From assembly GCA_963700145.1 (NCBI GenBank), contig OY969474.1:4576001-4640000 (forward strand): a stretch of 64,000 bases of DNA, given 5' to 3'. Position 1 is the stretch's first letter. Every line of letters begins with the position of its first letter. Source of the stretch: an uncultured Acidobacteriota bacterium (GTDB lineage: Bacteria; Acidobacteriota; Thermoanaerobaculia; Multivoradales; UBA5704). A program made the position numbers and the translations under genes. Of the stretch, positions 33,853 through 43,155 are shown one piece after another. A model generated the notes under the pieces. That model saw nothing but the letters and a program-made list of their open reading frames with translations, searched no databases and was not told the origin of the DNA.

Positions 33853-34072
33853 CCGGTGCTGGAGATGTTGTATCGAGCACGGAGGAAACATCCTCCGGCC
33901 CGAAGGAAACAATTCCTGGACCGGAGGAAACATCCTCTGAGACAGAGAAAACAATTTCCGGACCGGAGGAAACATCCTCTGGACCGGAGGAAACATCCTC
34001 TGGCTCAGAGGAAACATCCTCTGGGGCCGAGGAAACAATTTCTGAGGCTGATACAACATCTCGAGGAGCCGG
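33853..34072. repeat. Eight 21-bp tandem palindromic units bounded by inverted repeats
   Basis: Units such as GGAGGAAACATCCTCTGGACC at 33881-34048. GAGATGTTGTATC (33862-33874) is the reverse complement of GATACAACATCTC (34050-34062). Confidence 0.92.
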
Positions 34073-34113
34073 GGAGATGCCCGCCGGCGTCGGCGAAACC
34101 TCCTCCGCGCCTC

Positions 34114-35100
34114 CTAACGCCGCGCCAGCGCCAGGCCGAAGAGGTCCTCCTCGTCGGTCCACCAGGCGAGGGGCTCGAGACCCGCGTTGCGGAGCATGCC
34201 TTCCGTCCGCGGGCGGTCGAACTTGGCGCTGATCTCGGTGTGGATCTCCTCGCCCGGGGCGATCTCCAGCGTCAGGTCGAGCCCCGGCAGCTGCACCGTC
34301 TGCGGCCCGCGCGCCACCAGCCGCGCCTCGATCCAATCCTTCTCGGGGTCGTAGAAGGCGCGGTGGCCGAAGGCCTCCGGGGCGAAGTCGCCGCCGGTCA
34401 GGTCGTTTACCACGCGCAGGATGTTGCGGTTGAACTCCGCCGTCACCCCCTGGGCGTCGTTGTAGGCCGCCTCGACCCGCGCGACCGGCTTCACCAGGTC
34501 CACCCCGAGGAGGAAGTGGTCTCCCGGCGCCATCGCCGCCGCCAGCCGGGCGAGGAACGCCGCCCGCTCGTCGGGCAGGAGGTTGCCGATCGTGCCGCCC
34601 AGGAAGATCACCAGCCGCGGCTCCTTACCCGGCAGCGGCGCCAGCCGCCCGAGGAAGTCGCCGACGACGCCGTGCACCGCGAGCCCCGGGTAGGCCGCGA
34701 CCAGCTCCTCGGCCACCCGCCGTAGCGTGCCCTCGGCGACGTCGAACGGCACGTAGAGCTCGAGCGTGCCGGCGGCGCGCAGGGGCCCGAGGAGGTGCCG
34801 CGTCTTGGTCGCCGCCCCCGAGCCCAGCTCGACCAGCGTCCGCGCCTTGGTGTGCCCCGCCACCTCCGGCCCGATCCGCTCGAGGAGGGCCGCCTCGGTG
34901 CGCGTCTGGTAGTACTCGGGGAGGGTGGTGATCCGCTCGAAGAGCGCCGAGCCGCGGTCGTCGTAAAAGAACCGGCTGGAGATCGACAGCGGCCGCTGCG
35001 CCAGGCCGCGGCGGAGGGCCTCGAGGTCGCGCTGCCGGCCGCGCTCGCCGCTGCGGTCCTCGATCGTGATGCGCGGCGACTCACCGGCGGTCGCGCTCAC
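34114..35100 (-). CDS. egtD: L-histidine N-alpha-methyltransferase
   Basis: FFYDDRGSALFERITTLPEYYQTRTE, VELGSG, FLGGTIGN, AYNDAQGVTAEFN, IHTEISAKF. Confidence 0.93.
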   Translation of the reverse strand: MSATAGESPRITIEDRSGERGRQRDLEALRRGLAQRPLSISSRFFYDDRGSALFERITTLPEYYQTRTEAALLERIGPEVAGHTKARTLVELGSGAATKTRHLLGPLRAAGTLELYVPFDVAEGTLRRVAEELVAAYPGLAVHGVVGDFLGRLAPLPGKEPRLVIFLGGTIGNLLPDERAAFLARLAAAMAPGDHFLLGVDLVKPVARVEAAYNDAQGVTAEFNRNILRVVNDLTGGDFAPEAFGHRAFYDPEKDWIEARLVARGPQTVQLPGLDLTLEIAPGEEIHTEISAKFDRPRTEGMLRNAGLEPLAWWTDEEDLFGLALARR

Positions 35101-36647
35101 GCCAGCCCCCGCGGCCGTACCCCGCGCTCGACCAGGCCGAGCGCGCCGTCCACGACCAGCGCCAGGAGCGCCGCCGGGATCGCCCCCGAGAGGATGCGCG
35201 GCGTGCTGGCGAGCTGGAGGCCGGTGACGATCGGCTCGCCGAGCCCGCCGGCGCCGATGAAGGCGGCGAGCGTGGCGGTGCCGACGGTGAGGACCGCCGC
35301 CGTGCGCACGCCGGCCAGCAGCACCGGCGCGGCGAGCGGCAGCCGCACCTGGCGCAGCACCTGGCCGGGCGTCATGCCGAGCGCGGTGGCGGCCTCGACG
35401 GCGCGCGGGTCGGCGTCGCGCACGCCGGTGAAGGTGTTGCGCACGATGGGGAAGAGCGAGTAGACCCAGAGCGCCACGATCGCCGGCAGGGCGCCGACGC
35501 CCAGGAGCGGGATCATGAAGGCGAGGAGCGCGAGCGAGGGGACGGTCTGGGTCATGCCGAGGACGCGGATCAGCGGCTCGGCGAGTGGCCTGCGGCGCTC
35601 CAGCGCCAGCCCGAGCGGCACCGCCACCGCGGCGCCCAGGAGGAGCGCGATGGCCGAGAGCCCGAGGTGCTCGCCGGTGCGGCGCGCGATCGACCGCCGC
35701 TCGCTCCAGAGGTAGCCGAGGAGCCCGGGCGCGCCCGGCGCCGCCGCGCGCGCCGCCGGGGCGCTGTCGACCAGGAGCCCGAGCGCACGCAGGGCGTCGC
35801 GCGCCACCGCCTCCTCGCTCTCCTTCCCCTCCTGCAGGCGGAAGTTGAGGCGGCGCATGCGCGTCTCGTCGAGGACGCCGGCAAGGAGGCCGAGCGCGGC
35901 CGCCGCTTCCGGGTGGCGGCGCAGCGTCGCGCCGCGCGCGAGCGGCGCCGCCTCGTAGGGCGGGAAGAGGCCGCGGTCGTCCTCCAGCACGACCAGGTCC
36001 TGCACCGCCAGCCGCCCGTCGGTCGTGTAGACGTCGAGCGCCTCGACCTCGCCGGCTTCCGCGGCGCCGTACTTCAGGGCGTGCTGCATCGGGCGCACGG
36101 AAGCGAAGCGGAGGCCGTAGAGGCGCGCCAGGCCGGGGAGGCCGTCCTCCCGCTCGACGAACTCGTAGCCGAAGGCGGCGGAGAGGCCGGGCGCGACGCG
36201 CGCGAGGTCGGAGATCGTGCGCAGCCGGTGGGCGCGCGCCACGTCGCCGCGCACCGCCACCTCGAAGGCGTTCTCGAAGCCGAGGCCCGGCAGCCAGACG
36301 AGGTCCCAGCGCTCGGCGAAGGCGCGGCGGACGCGCGCCAGCGTCTCGGCCCGGCCGCCGCGCGGCTTCTCGCCGAGCAGGGTGACGAGGCCGGTGCCGG
36401 TGTACTCGGGGTAGAGGTCGATCGCCCCGCTCTTGAGCGCCTCGAAGCAGACCTGCGTGCCGGCGAGGCCGAGCCGCCGCTCGACCGCGAGATCGGTGCG
36501 GGCCTCGAGGAGCTGCGCGAACATCTCGGCCAGGAGGCGGCTCTCCTCGAAGTTCTTCGAGCCGACGACGACGCGGCCGGAGGGGGCGGCGAAGAGCGGG
36601 GCGGCGACGAAGACGGCCATCGCCAGCATGAGCTTGGCGGGCCTCAC
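35097..36647 (-). CDS. ABC transporter fused substrate-binding/permease protein (OsmF/OpuBC/EgtU-like)
   Basis: VGSKNFEES, IDLYPEYTGT, LEDDRGLFPPY, then permease QTVPSLAL, EAATALGMT, AAFIGAGGLG. Confidence 0.92.
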   Translation of the reverse strand: MRPAKLMLAMAVFVAAPLFAAPSGRVVVGSKNFEESRLLAEMFAQLLEARTDLAVERRLGLAGTQVCFEALKSGAIDLYPEYTGTGLVTLLGEKPRGGRAETLARVRRAFAERWDLVWLPGLGFENAFEVAVRGDVARAHRLRTISDLARVAPGLSAAFGYEFVEREDGLPGLARLYGLRFASVRPMQHALKYGAAEAGEVEALDVYTTDGRLAVQDLVVLEDDRGLFPPYEAAPLARGATLRRHPEAAAALGLLAGVLDETRMRRLNFRLQEGKESEEAVARDALRALGLLVDSAPAARAAAPGAPGLLGYLWSERRSIARRTGEHLGLSAIALLLGAAVAVPLGLALERRRPLAEPLIRVLGMTQTVPSLALLAFMIPLLGVGALPAIVALWVYSLFPIVRNTFTGVRDADPRAVEAATALGMTPGQVLRQVRLPLAAPVLLAGVRTAAVLTVGTATLAAFIGAGGLGEPIVTGLQLASTPRILSGAIPAALLALVVDGALGLVERGVRPRGLA

Positions 36648-37429
36648 CTCGCCGCCGCGAGCCTTTCCTCACCTGCTGCGGCTCCGGTCTCGAGCAGCGC
36701 CAGCAAGTCGCGCACGTACGGATCGGCCGGCCGCGCGGCGAGCTGCGCCGGCGGCGCAAGCTGCAGGAGCCGCCCGCGGCGCATCACCCCGACGCGGTCG
36801 GCCAGCCGGAAGGCCTCGGCCAGGTCGTGCGTCACGAGGAGCATGGTCTTGCCGACCTGAGACTTCAGCTCCAGGAACTGCCGCTGCAGCTCGAGGCGCG
36901 TCAGCGGGTCGAGCGCCCCGAACGGCTCGTCGAGGAGGAGCACCGGCGGGTCGCCGGCGAGGGCGCGGGCGAAGGCGGCGCGCTGGCGCTGGCCGCCGGA
37001 GAGCTCGAGCGGGTAGCGCGGGCCGTGGATGGCGGGGTCGAGCCCGACGAGCGCCAGCGCCTCGCGCGTCCGGGCGCCGCGGCGCGCCTCGTCCCAGCCG
37101 AGCAGGCGCGGCACCAGCTCGACGTTGCGCGCCACCGTCCAGTGGGGGAGGAGCCCGCCCTCCTGCGGCACGTAGCCGGTGCGGCGGCGCAGCTCGATCG
37201 GGTCGAAGGAAGCGACCGGCCGCCCCTCGACGCGCACCGCGCCGGCGGACGGCTCGGCCATGCGGTTGAAGCAGCGCAGCAGAGTGGTCTTGCCGCTGCC
37301 GCTCTCGCCCACCAGCGCCACCGTCTCGCCGCGGCGCACCGCCAGGTCCACCCCCGCCAGCGCGACGGTGCCGTCGGGGTACTCCTTGCGCACCCCCACC
37401 GCCTCGAGCGTCGTCTCACCCGGCTCCAT
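36644..37429 (-). CDS. ABC transporter ATP-binding protein (OpuCA-like)
   Basis: GESGSGKTT, LSGGQRQR, LLLDEPFGALD, VTHD. Confidence 0.94.
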   Translation of the reverse strand: MEPGETTLEAVGVRKEYPDGTVALAGVDLAVRRGETVALVGESGSGKTTLLRCFNRMAEPSAGAVRVEGRPVASFDPIELRRRTGYVPQEGGLLPHWTVARNVELVPRLLGWDEARRGARTREALALVGLDPAIHGPRYPLELSGGQRQRAAFARALAGDPPVLLLDEPFGALDPLTRLELQRQFLELKSQVGKTMLLVTHDLAEAFRLADRVGVMRRGRLLQLAPPAQLAARPADPYVRDLLALLETGAAAGEERLAAAR

Positions 37430-37497
37430 GGCTTGCGGCACGCGGCCGCCGGCAGTCTAGCCGATGGGCGGGGGGAGGGCCTCGAGCCCGCGCCTCT

Positions 37498-38394
37498 TTA
37501 GAACCTCCGTCCCACCGACAGGTACGGCTCCTCGTACTTCCGCGACGAGCGGCCCCAGATCCACTGGTTGTAGCCGGCCTCGGCCCACCAGCGCTGGCGC
37601 TCGCCGAGGTTGCGGAAGAGGGCGGCGCCGAGGACCATCCGGCTGGCGTCGGGGAAGCAGTTGGTGACCGAGCAGCCGAAGCGGTCATCCACTTTGCGCT
37701 CTGACTCGTTGCCGATGCCGTGGATCCAGCTGTAGGTGCCCTTGGCGATCAGCTTCTGCCAGGGGAGGGGATAGCCGACCTCGATGAAGAGCGGGATCTC
37801 GTCGGCCAGGTTGGTGGTGCGGTAGGTATAGCCGACCTCGAGGTTGAACCAGCCGCTCTCGGCGATCGAGCGGCTCACCAGGTAGGTCAGGCCGTAGTCC
37901 TCGCCCAGCAGGCCGCGCCACTCGGGGCTCTCGCCCTTGAACTCGCCGTCCTCGTCGAAGACGTGCCGGTCGTAGGGGCCCGAGAGGTCGTAGAGGTAGG
38001 AGGTGCGGATGTTGAGGGCCACCGCCATCGGCCAGGTGCCCTCCTTCAACTGCCGCTTGAGGCCGAGGAAGAGCTCGGAGAAGCCGCGGTTGCGCTCCAT
38101 GTCGCCGCGCTGCCCCTCGAGGCCGTCGAGGTAGAGCACCAGGTAGCGGACCGACGTGTCGTGGCCGACGCCCACCTCGCCGCCCGAGTAGCCGTACCGG
38201 AAGATGTGCCAGCTCGAGCTAACCCGGCTGTTGCCGTAGGGGTCCCACGAGGCCCGCGCCGTCTTCTCGCTGTAGCCGAACTGCACGTCGCCGGCGCCCG
38301 CCGCCGGCACCCACGCGCCGCCCGCCAGAGCCGGCGCGGCGACGAGGGTCAAGACACAGACGACACCACACAACTTCGACAAGCTGATGAACAT
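37498..38394 (-). CDS. Hypothetical exported protein, probable outer-membrane beta-barrel
   Basis: Signal peptide, alternating aromatic beta strands, terminal Phe (YLSVGRRF). SD GGAGG upstream. Confidence 0.65.
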   Translation of the reverse strand: MFISLSKLCGVVCVLTLVAAPALAGGAWVPAAGAGDVQFGYSEKTARASWDPYGNSRVSSSWHIFRYGYSGGEVGVGHDTSVRYLVLYLDGLEGQRGDMERNRGFSELFLGLKRQLKEGTWPMAVALNIRTSYLYDLSGPYDRHVFDEDGEFKGESPEWRGLLGEDYGLTYLVSRSIAESGWFNLEVGYTYRTTNLADEIPLFIEVGYPLPWQKLIAKGTYSWIHGIGNESERKVDDRFGCSVTNCFPDASRMVLGAALFRNLGERQRWWAEAGYNQWIWGRSSRKYEEPYLSVGRRF

Positions 38395-38664
38395 AGCTTC
38401 CTCCAAGCTGTCCGTTCTCGGGACTCCGAGGAAGCCCGTTTTCCGCAAGGCGCGTACCAGCGCGGCCACGCGCACCGCGCGGGCCGGCGCCGGCCGCGGA
38501 GCGCCGCGGCCGCCGCTTCGTCCGTAGATCTTTTTATGAAGGGAACGCCGGATTATGGGCGGTGCCCGCTCCAACCCGCGTGAGTCGGCGCCCGCTCCGG
38601 CGGGCGGCCTTGCGGGTAGCGGCGCCCATCACCGGGCGCCGTCAACCGCGGCTAGGATCGCTGC

Positions 38665-39672
<1,008 letters not shown>

Positions 39673-39753
39673 CCCGCGCAGGCAACGCGCCCGTCCACCG
39701 CGGGGGACGCGCGGTGCGGGGGGCCCGCGGGCGGGAGATGTAAAACCACGGCC

Positions 39754-39798
39754 GTGCAACGACTTACCGCCGCCGCCGGGACTGGCACAGCTCTTGGA
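39754..39798 (+). promoter_or_regulatory. Possible sigma-54 promoter with IHF-like site
   Basis: TGGCAC-N5-TTGG at 39783-39797 (the -12 GC is replaced by GG). GTGCAACGACTTA at 39754-39766 resembles WATCAANNNNTTR. Confidence 0.4.
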
Positions 39799-39887
39799 AT
39801 CCCGACCCGTAGAGGACGGGCCGGCGTGAGTCCCCGCCCTCGCGGCCGCGAGGCCGAAGGTCCCGCCAAGGTTCCTTCCTCCGCAAC

Positions 39888-39932
39888 CCGGGGCGGAGTC
39901 TCCCTCCTCCGCCCCGGCCCTTCCTTCCTCTC
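39888..39932 (+). terminator. 11-bp hairpin with pyrimidine-rich tail upstream of udk
   Basis: CCGGGGCGGAG-tctccctc-CTCCGCCCCGG then CCCTTCCTTCCTCTC. Confidence 0.45.
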
Positions 39933-39949
39933 CGACTAGAATCCGGCGG

Positions 39950-40597
39950 ATGTCCGCCCTCCCCGACGCGCCGCGCCCTTGCGTGCTCGGCGTCGCCGGC
40001 GGCAGCGGCTCCGGCAAGACGACGGTCGCGCGCACCATCCTCGAGACCGTCGGCCGCGCGCGCATCGCCTTCCTCGAGCAGGACAGCTACTACCGCGACA
40101 TCGAGTGGCAGAGCGACGCCCAGCTCCTGCGCCACAACTTCGACCACCCGGACGCGCTCGACGACGACCTGCTCGTCGAGCACGTGGCGGCGCTCAAGGA
40201 GGGGCGGGCGGTCGAGGTGCCGATCTACGACTTCGTCCGCCACCGCCGCACCGACCGCACCCGCCGCGTCGACCCGCGGCCGGTGGTGCTGCTCGAAGGC
40301 ATCCTGCTCTTCGTCGAGCCGGAGCTGCGCGCTCTCCTCGACTTCAAGATCTTCGTCGACACCGACCCCGACCTGCGGCTGATCCGGCGTCTCAAGCGCG
40401 ACATGTCCGAGCGCGGCCGGGCGGTGGACGACGTGTTGCGGCAGTACGCCGAGACGGTGCGGCCGATGCATTTGGAGTTCGTCGAGCCCTCCAAGAGATG
40501 GGCGGACATCATCATTCCTGAAGGTGGGGAGAATCGCGCCGCATTAGAGATGGTGGTCGCTCGGGTCGAGCAGCTCCTCGGCGGAGGCGCGGCCTGA
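39950..40597 (+). CDS. udk: Uridine kinase
   Basis: GVAGGSGSGKTT, QDSYY, NFDHPDA, PIYDF, RRLKRD..ERGR, FVEPSKRWADIIIP. Confidence 0.95.
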   Translation: MSALPDAPRPCVLGVAGGSGSGKTTVARTILETVGRARIAFLEQDSYYRDIEWQSDAQLLRHNFDHPDALDDDLLVEHVAALKEGRAVEVPIYDFVRHRRTDRTRRVDPRPVVLLEGILLFVEPELRALLDFKIFVDTDPDLRLIRRLKRDMSERGRAVDDVLRQYAETVRPMHLEFVEPSKRWADIIIPEGGENRAALEMVVARVEQLLGGGAA

Positions 40598-40974
40598 TGG
40601 CCGTTTACACCTTGCGGGTACGCTCGCGCTTCGAGGCCGCGCACCACTTGACGTCCTATCGCGGCGCGCCCGAGCCGGTGCACGGCCACTCCTGGCGCGT
40701 CGAGGCGGTGCTCGAAACCGAAGGATTGGACGGCGAAGGGATGGCCTACGACTTCGTGGCGGTCAAGGGAGCGCTCGACGCCCTCGCCGCCGCGCTCGAC
40801 CACCGCGACCTCAACGCCCTGCCCGCCTTCGCCGGCGAGAGCCCGACGACCGAGCGGATCGCCGCCTGGTTCCACGGCGAGCTGGCCGCCCACCTCCCCG
40901 GCGCGCCGCTCGCCGCGGTGACCGTCTGGGAGGGGCCGGACTGCGCCGCCACCTACCGGCCGGCTCTTCCTTGA
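40597..40974 (+). CDS. queD: 6-carboxytetrahydropterin synthase / PTPS family
   Basis: FEAAH, HGHSW, LDHRDLN, PTTERIA, VWE. Confidence 0.88.
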   Translation: MAVYTLRVRSRFEAAHHLTSYRGAPEPVHGHSWRVEAVLETEGLDGEGMAYDFVAVKGALDALAAALDHRDLNALPAFAGESPTTERIAAWFHGELAAHLPGAPLAAVTVWEGPDCAATYRPALP

Positions 40975-40999
40975 CAGCCTGCCGCCCCGCCGCTAGCTT
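40971..40999 (+). promoter_or_regulatory. Sigma-70-like promoter
   Basis: TTGACA-N17-TAGCTT just upstream of ATG 41013. Confidence 0.55.
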
Positions 41000-41012
41000 C
41001 TGCCCCATTCCG

Positions 41013-41891
41013 ATGCGAACTCGGCGCTTCGCGCCCGCGCTCGTTCTCGCCGCGGCCTTCGCCGGCTGCGGCGGGGAGGACCCTGTCGCCGGCCGGCTGG
41101 AGGTGACGCCGACGCGCCTCACCCTGCCGCACGGCGGCGTGCGGCCGCTGGTCCTCACCTGGACGCCGGCACGCGAGCTGTACGGCCGCGAGGGGGAGAG
41201 GGAGCCGCTCGTCTTCGTCCACCTCCTGGAGCGTCCCGGCATCGTCCTCCGCACCTTCGACCACCCCTTCCCGCAGCGTTGGCGCCCCGGCAAGCCGGTG
41301 CGCTACGAGGTGGATCTCTACCAGTCGGCCCTCGGCGAGACCTTGCCTGCCGGCCGCTATCAGCTGACGGTCGGGCTCTACCAGGCCGGCGGCCGGCGCT
41401 GGCCGCTGGAAACGGCGGGCCAGGAGGTCGGCAAGCGCGAGTACGCCGTCGCCGAGGTCGAGGTGCCGCCGCCCGGCGAGGGCGTGCCGGCCTTCTACTT
41501 CGCCGGCAAGTGGCTGCCGACCGAGCCGGGCGCGGACGTGCAGATGCTGGCGCGGCGCTGGCTGACCAACGACGGCGCGCTGCAGGTGCGGTCGGCGCCG
41601 GGAGCGGGTGAGCTGTGGATGGTGCTGCGCATCCCGGAGGCGACGGGAGCGGGGGAGAGGCTGGTGCTGGAGCCGGGCGCCGCGGCGCCGGGGGTCGTGG
41701 TCTCCTCGACCTGCGGCGGCGAGGAGATCGGCATCACCGGCCCGGGACCGCACGAGGTGCGCCTGCCGGTGCGGGAAGGCGCCGCGCCCTGCGAGATCCG
41801 CTTCGACGGCAACTTCAGTCTGGAGAGCGCGGGCTCACCGCACCGCCACATGGTGGCCTTGGAGGGGCTCGCCTGGGAACCAGCAGGCTGA
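41013..41891 (+). CDS. Hypothetical lipoprotein
   Basis: Lipobox FAGC; VFVHL...FDH...W.PG...G.Y.L.VGLY Ig-like motif. Confidence 0.72.
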   Translation: MRTRRFAPALVLAAAFAGCGGEDPVAGRLEVTPTRLTLPHGGVRPLVLTWTPARELYGREGEREPLVFVHLLERPGIVLRTFDHPFPQRWRPGKPVRYEVDLYQSALGETLPAGRYQLTVGLYQAGGRRWPLETAGQEVGKREYAVAEVEVPPPGEGVPAFYFAGKWLPTEPGADVQMLARRWLTNDGALQVRSAPGAGELWMVLRIPEATGAGERLVLEPGAAAPGVVVSSTCGGEEIGITGPGPHEVRLPVREGAAPCEIRFDGNFSLESAGSPHRHMVALEGLAWEPAG

Positions 41892-41926
41892 GCCCGGCCG
41901 ACGGCGGGTCCTCGTGCAACTAGGAG

Positions 41927-42424
41927 CTACTTCGGCTTGAGCTGGACGGTCAGGCTCTTCGCCACCGGCAGCCCCGGCACCGGGCCGAGAGGGCGCGAGA
42001 CCTCGACCCCCTCCTCCGTCTTGACCTCGACCCAGGTGGCTTCTTTGAGGGTGACCTCGACGGTGAGCTTGCCGTCCGCCGGCGCGGGACGGCCGCTCTC
42101 GGTGGTCCAGAAGTTGTAGAGGCGGACCTCGGAGACCTGGCCCGGGGGGAGGTTCTGGAGGTAGAGCTGGTTGGCGTAGACGGCGAGCGCCTGGCCGTTG
42201 AGCTTGACCTCGAAGGCGAGGCGCGAGGCGACGCGGTCGCCGCCGTTCTTGACCTTGACCCGCAGCTTGCAGAGGGTGTCGGCGGCCGGGGCGGCCGGCT
42301 CGATCGCCACCTCCTCGAGCCCGAGCGGCGAGGGGGGAGGGGCGGCGGCCGGCGGCTGGGCGCCGGCGGCCGCGGCGGCGGAGAGGAGGACGAATGACAG
42401 CATGCGCGCGAGGGACGACGACAT
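41927..42424 (-). CDS. Hypothetical secreted Ig/CARDB-like protein
   Basis: Signal peptide, then beta-rich LRVKVKNGG...FEVKLNG...LPPGQ. Confidence 0.65.
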   Translation of the reverse strand: MSSSLARMLSFVLLSAAAAAGAQPPAAAPPPSPLGLEEVAIEPAAPAADTLCKLRVKVKNGGDRVASRLAFEVKLNGQALAVYANQLYLQNLPPGQVSEVRLYNFWTTESGRPAPADGKLTVEVTLKEATWVEVKTEEGVEVSRPLGPVPGLPVAKSLTVQLKPK

Positions 42425-42442
42425 GAGCGGAATGATACAGGC

Positions 42443-43126
42443 ATGAAGCGCTCCCGCGGCCGCATCCTCCGCCTGCCGCAGGAGGAGTACCTCGAGCGCC
42501 TGCTGCCGCCGCGCGACCCGCTGCTCGCCGAGATGGAGGCCGAGGCGGCGCGCGACGGGGTGCCGATCTCCGACCCCGAGGTCGGGCGCCTGCTGGAGAT
42601 CCTGGCGCGCGCCACCGGGGCACGCTCGATCGTCGAGGTGGGGACCGCCATCGGCTACGGCGCCCTCTGCCTGGCGCGCGGCGCGCCGGAGGCGCGGGTG
42701 GTGACGATCGACACCGACCCGGCGCGCCTCGCCCGCGCCCGCGGGTACCTCGAGCGGGCCGGCGTCGCCGAGCGGGTGGAGCTGGTGGAAGGGGCGGCGC
42801 TCGACGTGCTGCCGCGCCTGCCGCCGGGGATCGACCTCGCCTACCTCGACGCGCTCAAGACCGAGTACCGGCGCTGCCTCGACCTGCTGCTGCCGCGCCT
42901 GCGCGTCGGCGGCCTGGTGGTGATCGACAACCTGCTCTGGGGGGGCGACGTGGCGGAGCCGTCCGACGAGGCGGAGGACGACCCGGACACCGCGGCCATC
43001 CGCGCCTTCAACCCCTACCTGATGATCCACCCGCAGCTGCGGGCCGTCGTGCTGCCGCTCGGCGACGGCGTCGGCCTGGCGACCAAGACCAAGCCGGTGA
43101 TGACCGAGCTGGGCGGGCCGTTCTAG
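42443..43126 (+). CDS. Class I SAM-dependent O-methyltransferase (catechol/caffeoyl-CoA type)
   Basis: VEVGTAIGYG, YLDALK, GGLVVIDNLLWGG, PLGDG. Confidence 0.92.
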   Translation: MKRSRGRILRLPQEEYLERLLPPRDPLLAEMEAEAARDGVPISDPEVGRLLEILARATGARSIVEVGTAIGYGALCLARGAPEARVVTIDTDPARLARARGYLERAGVAERVELVEGAALDVLPRLPPGIDLAYLDALKTEYRRCLDLLLPRLRVGGLVVIDNLLWGGDVAEPSDEAEDDPDTAAIRAFNPYLMIHPQLRAVVLPLGDGVGLATKTKPVMTELGGPF

Positions 43127-43155
43127 GCGCGAAGGCGCGCCGGGCTCCAATCAGC

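Noticed and set aside
33881-34048. 21-bp array as a CRISPR array
   Set aside because: Units are contiguous with no unique spacers, and there are no cas genes in the window.
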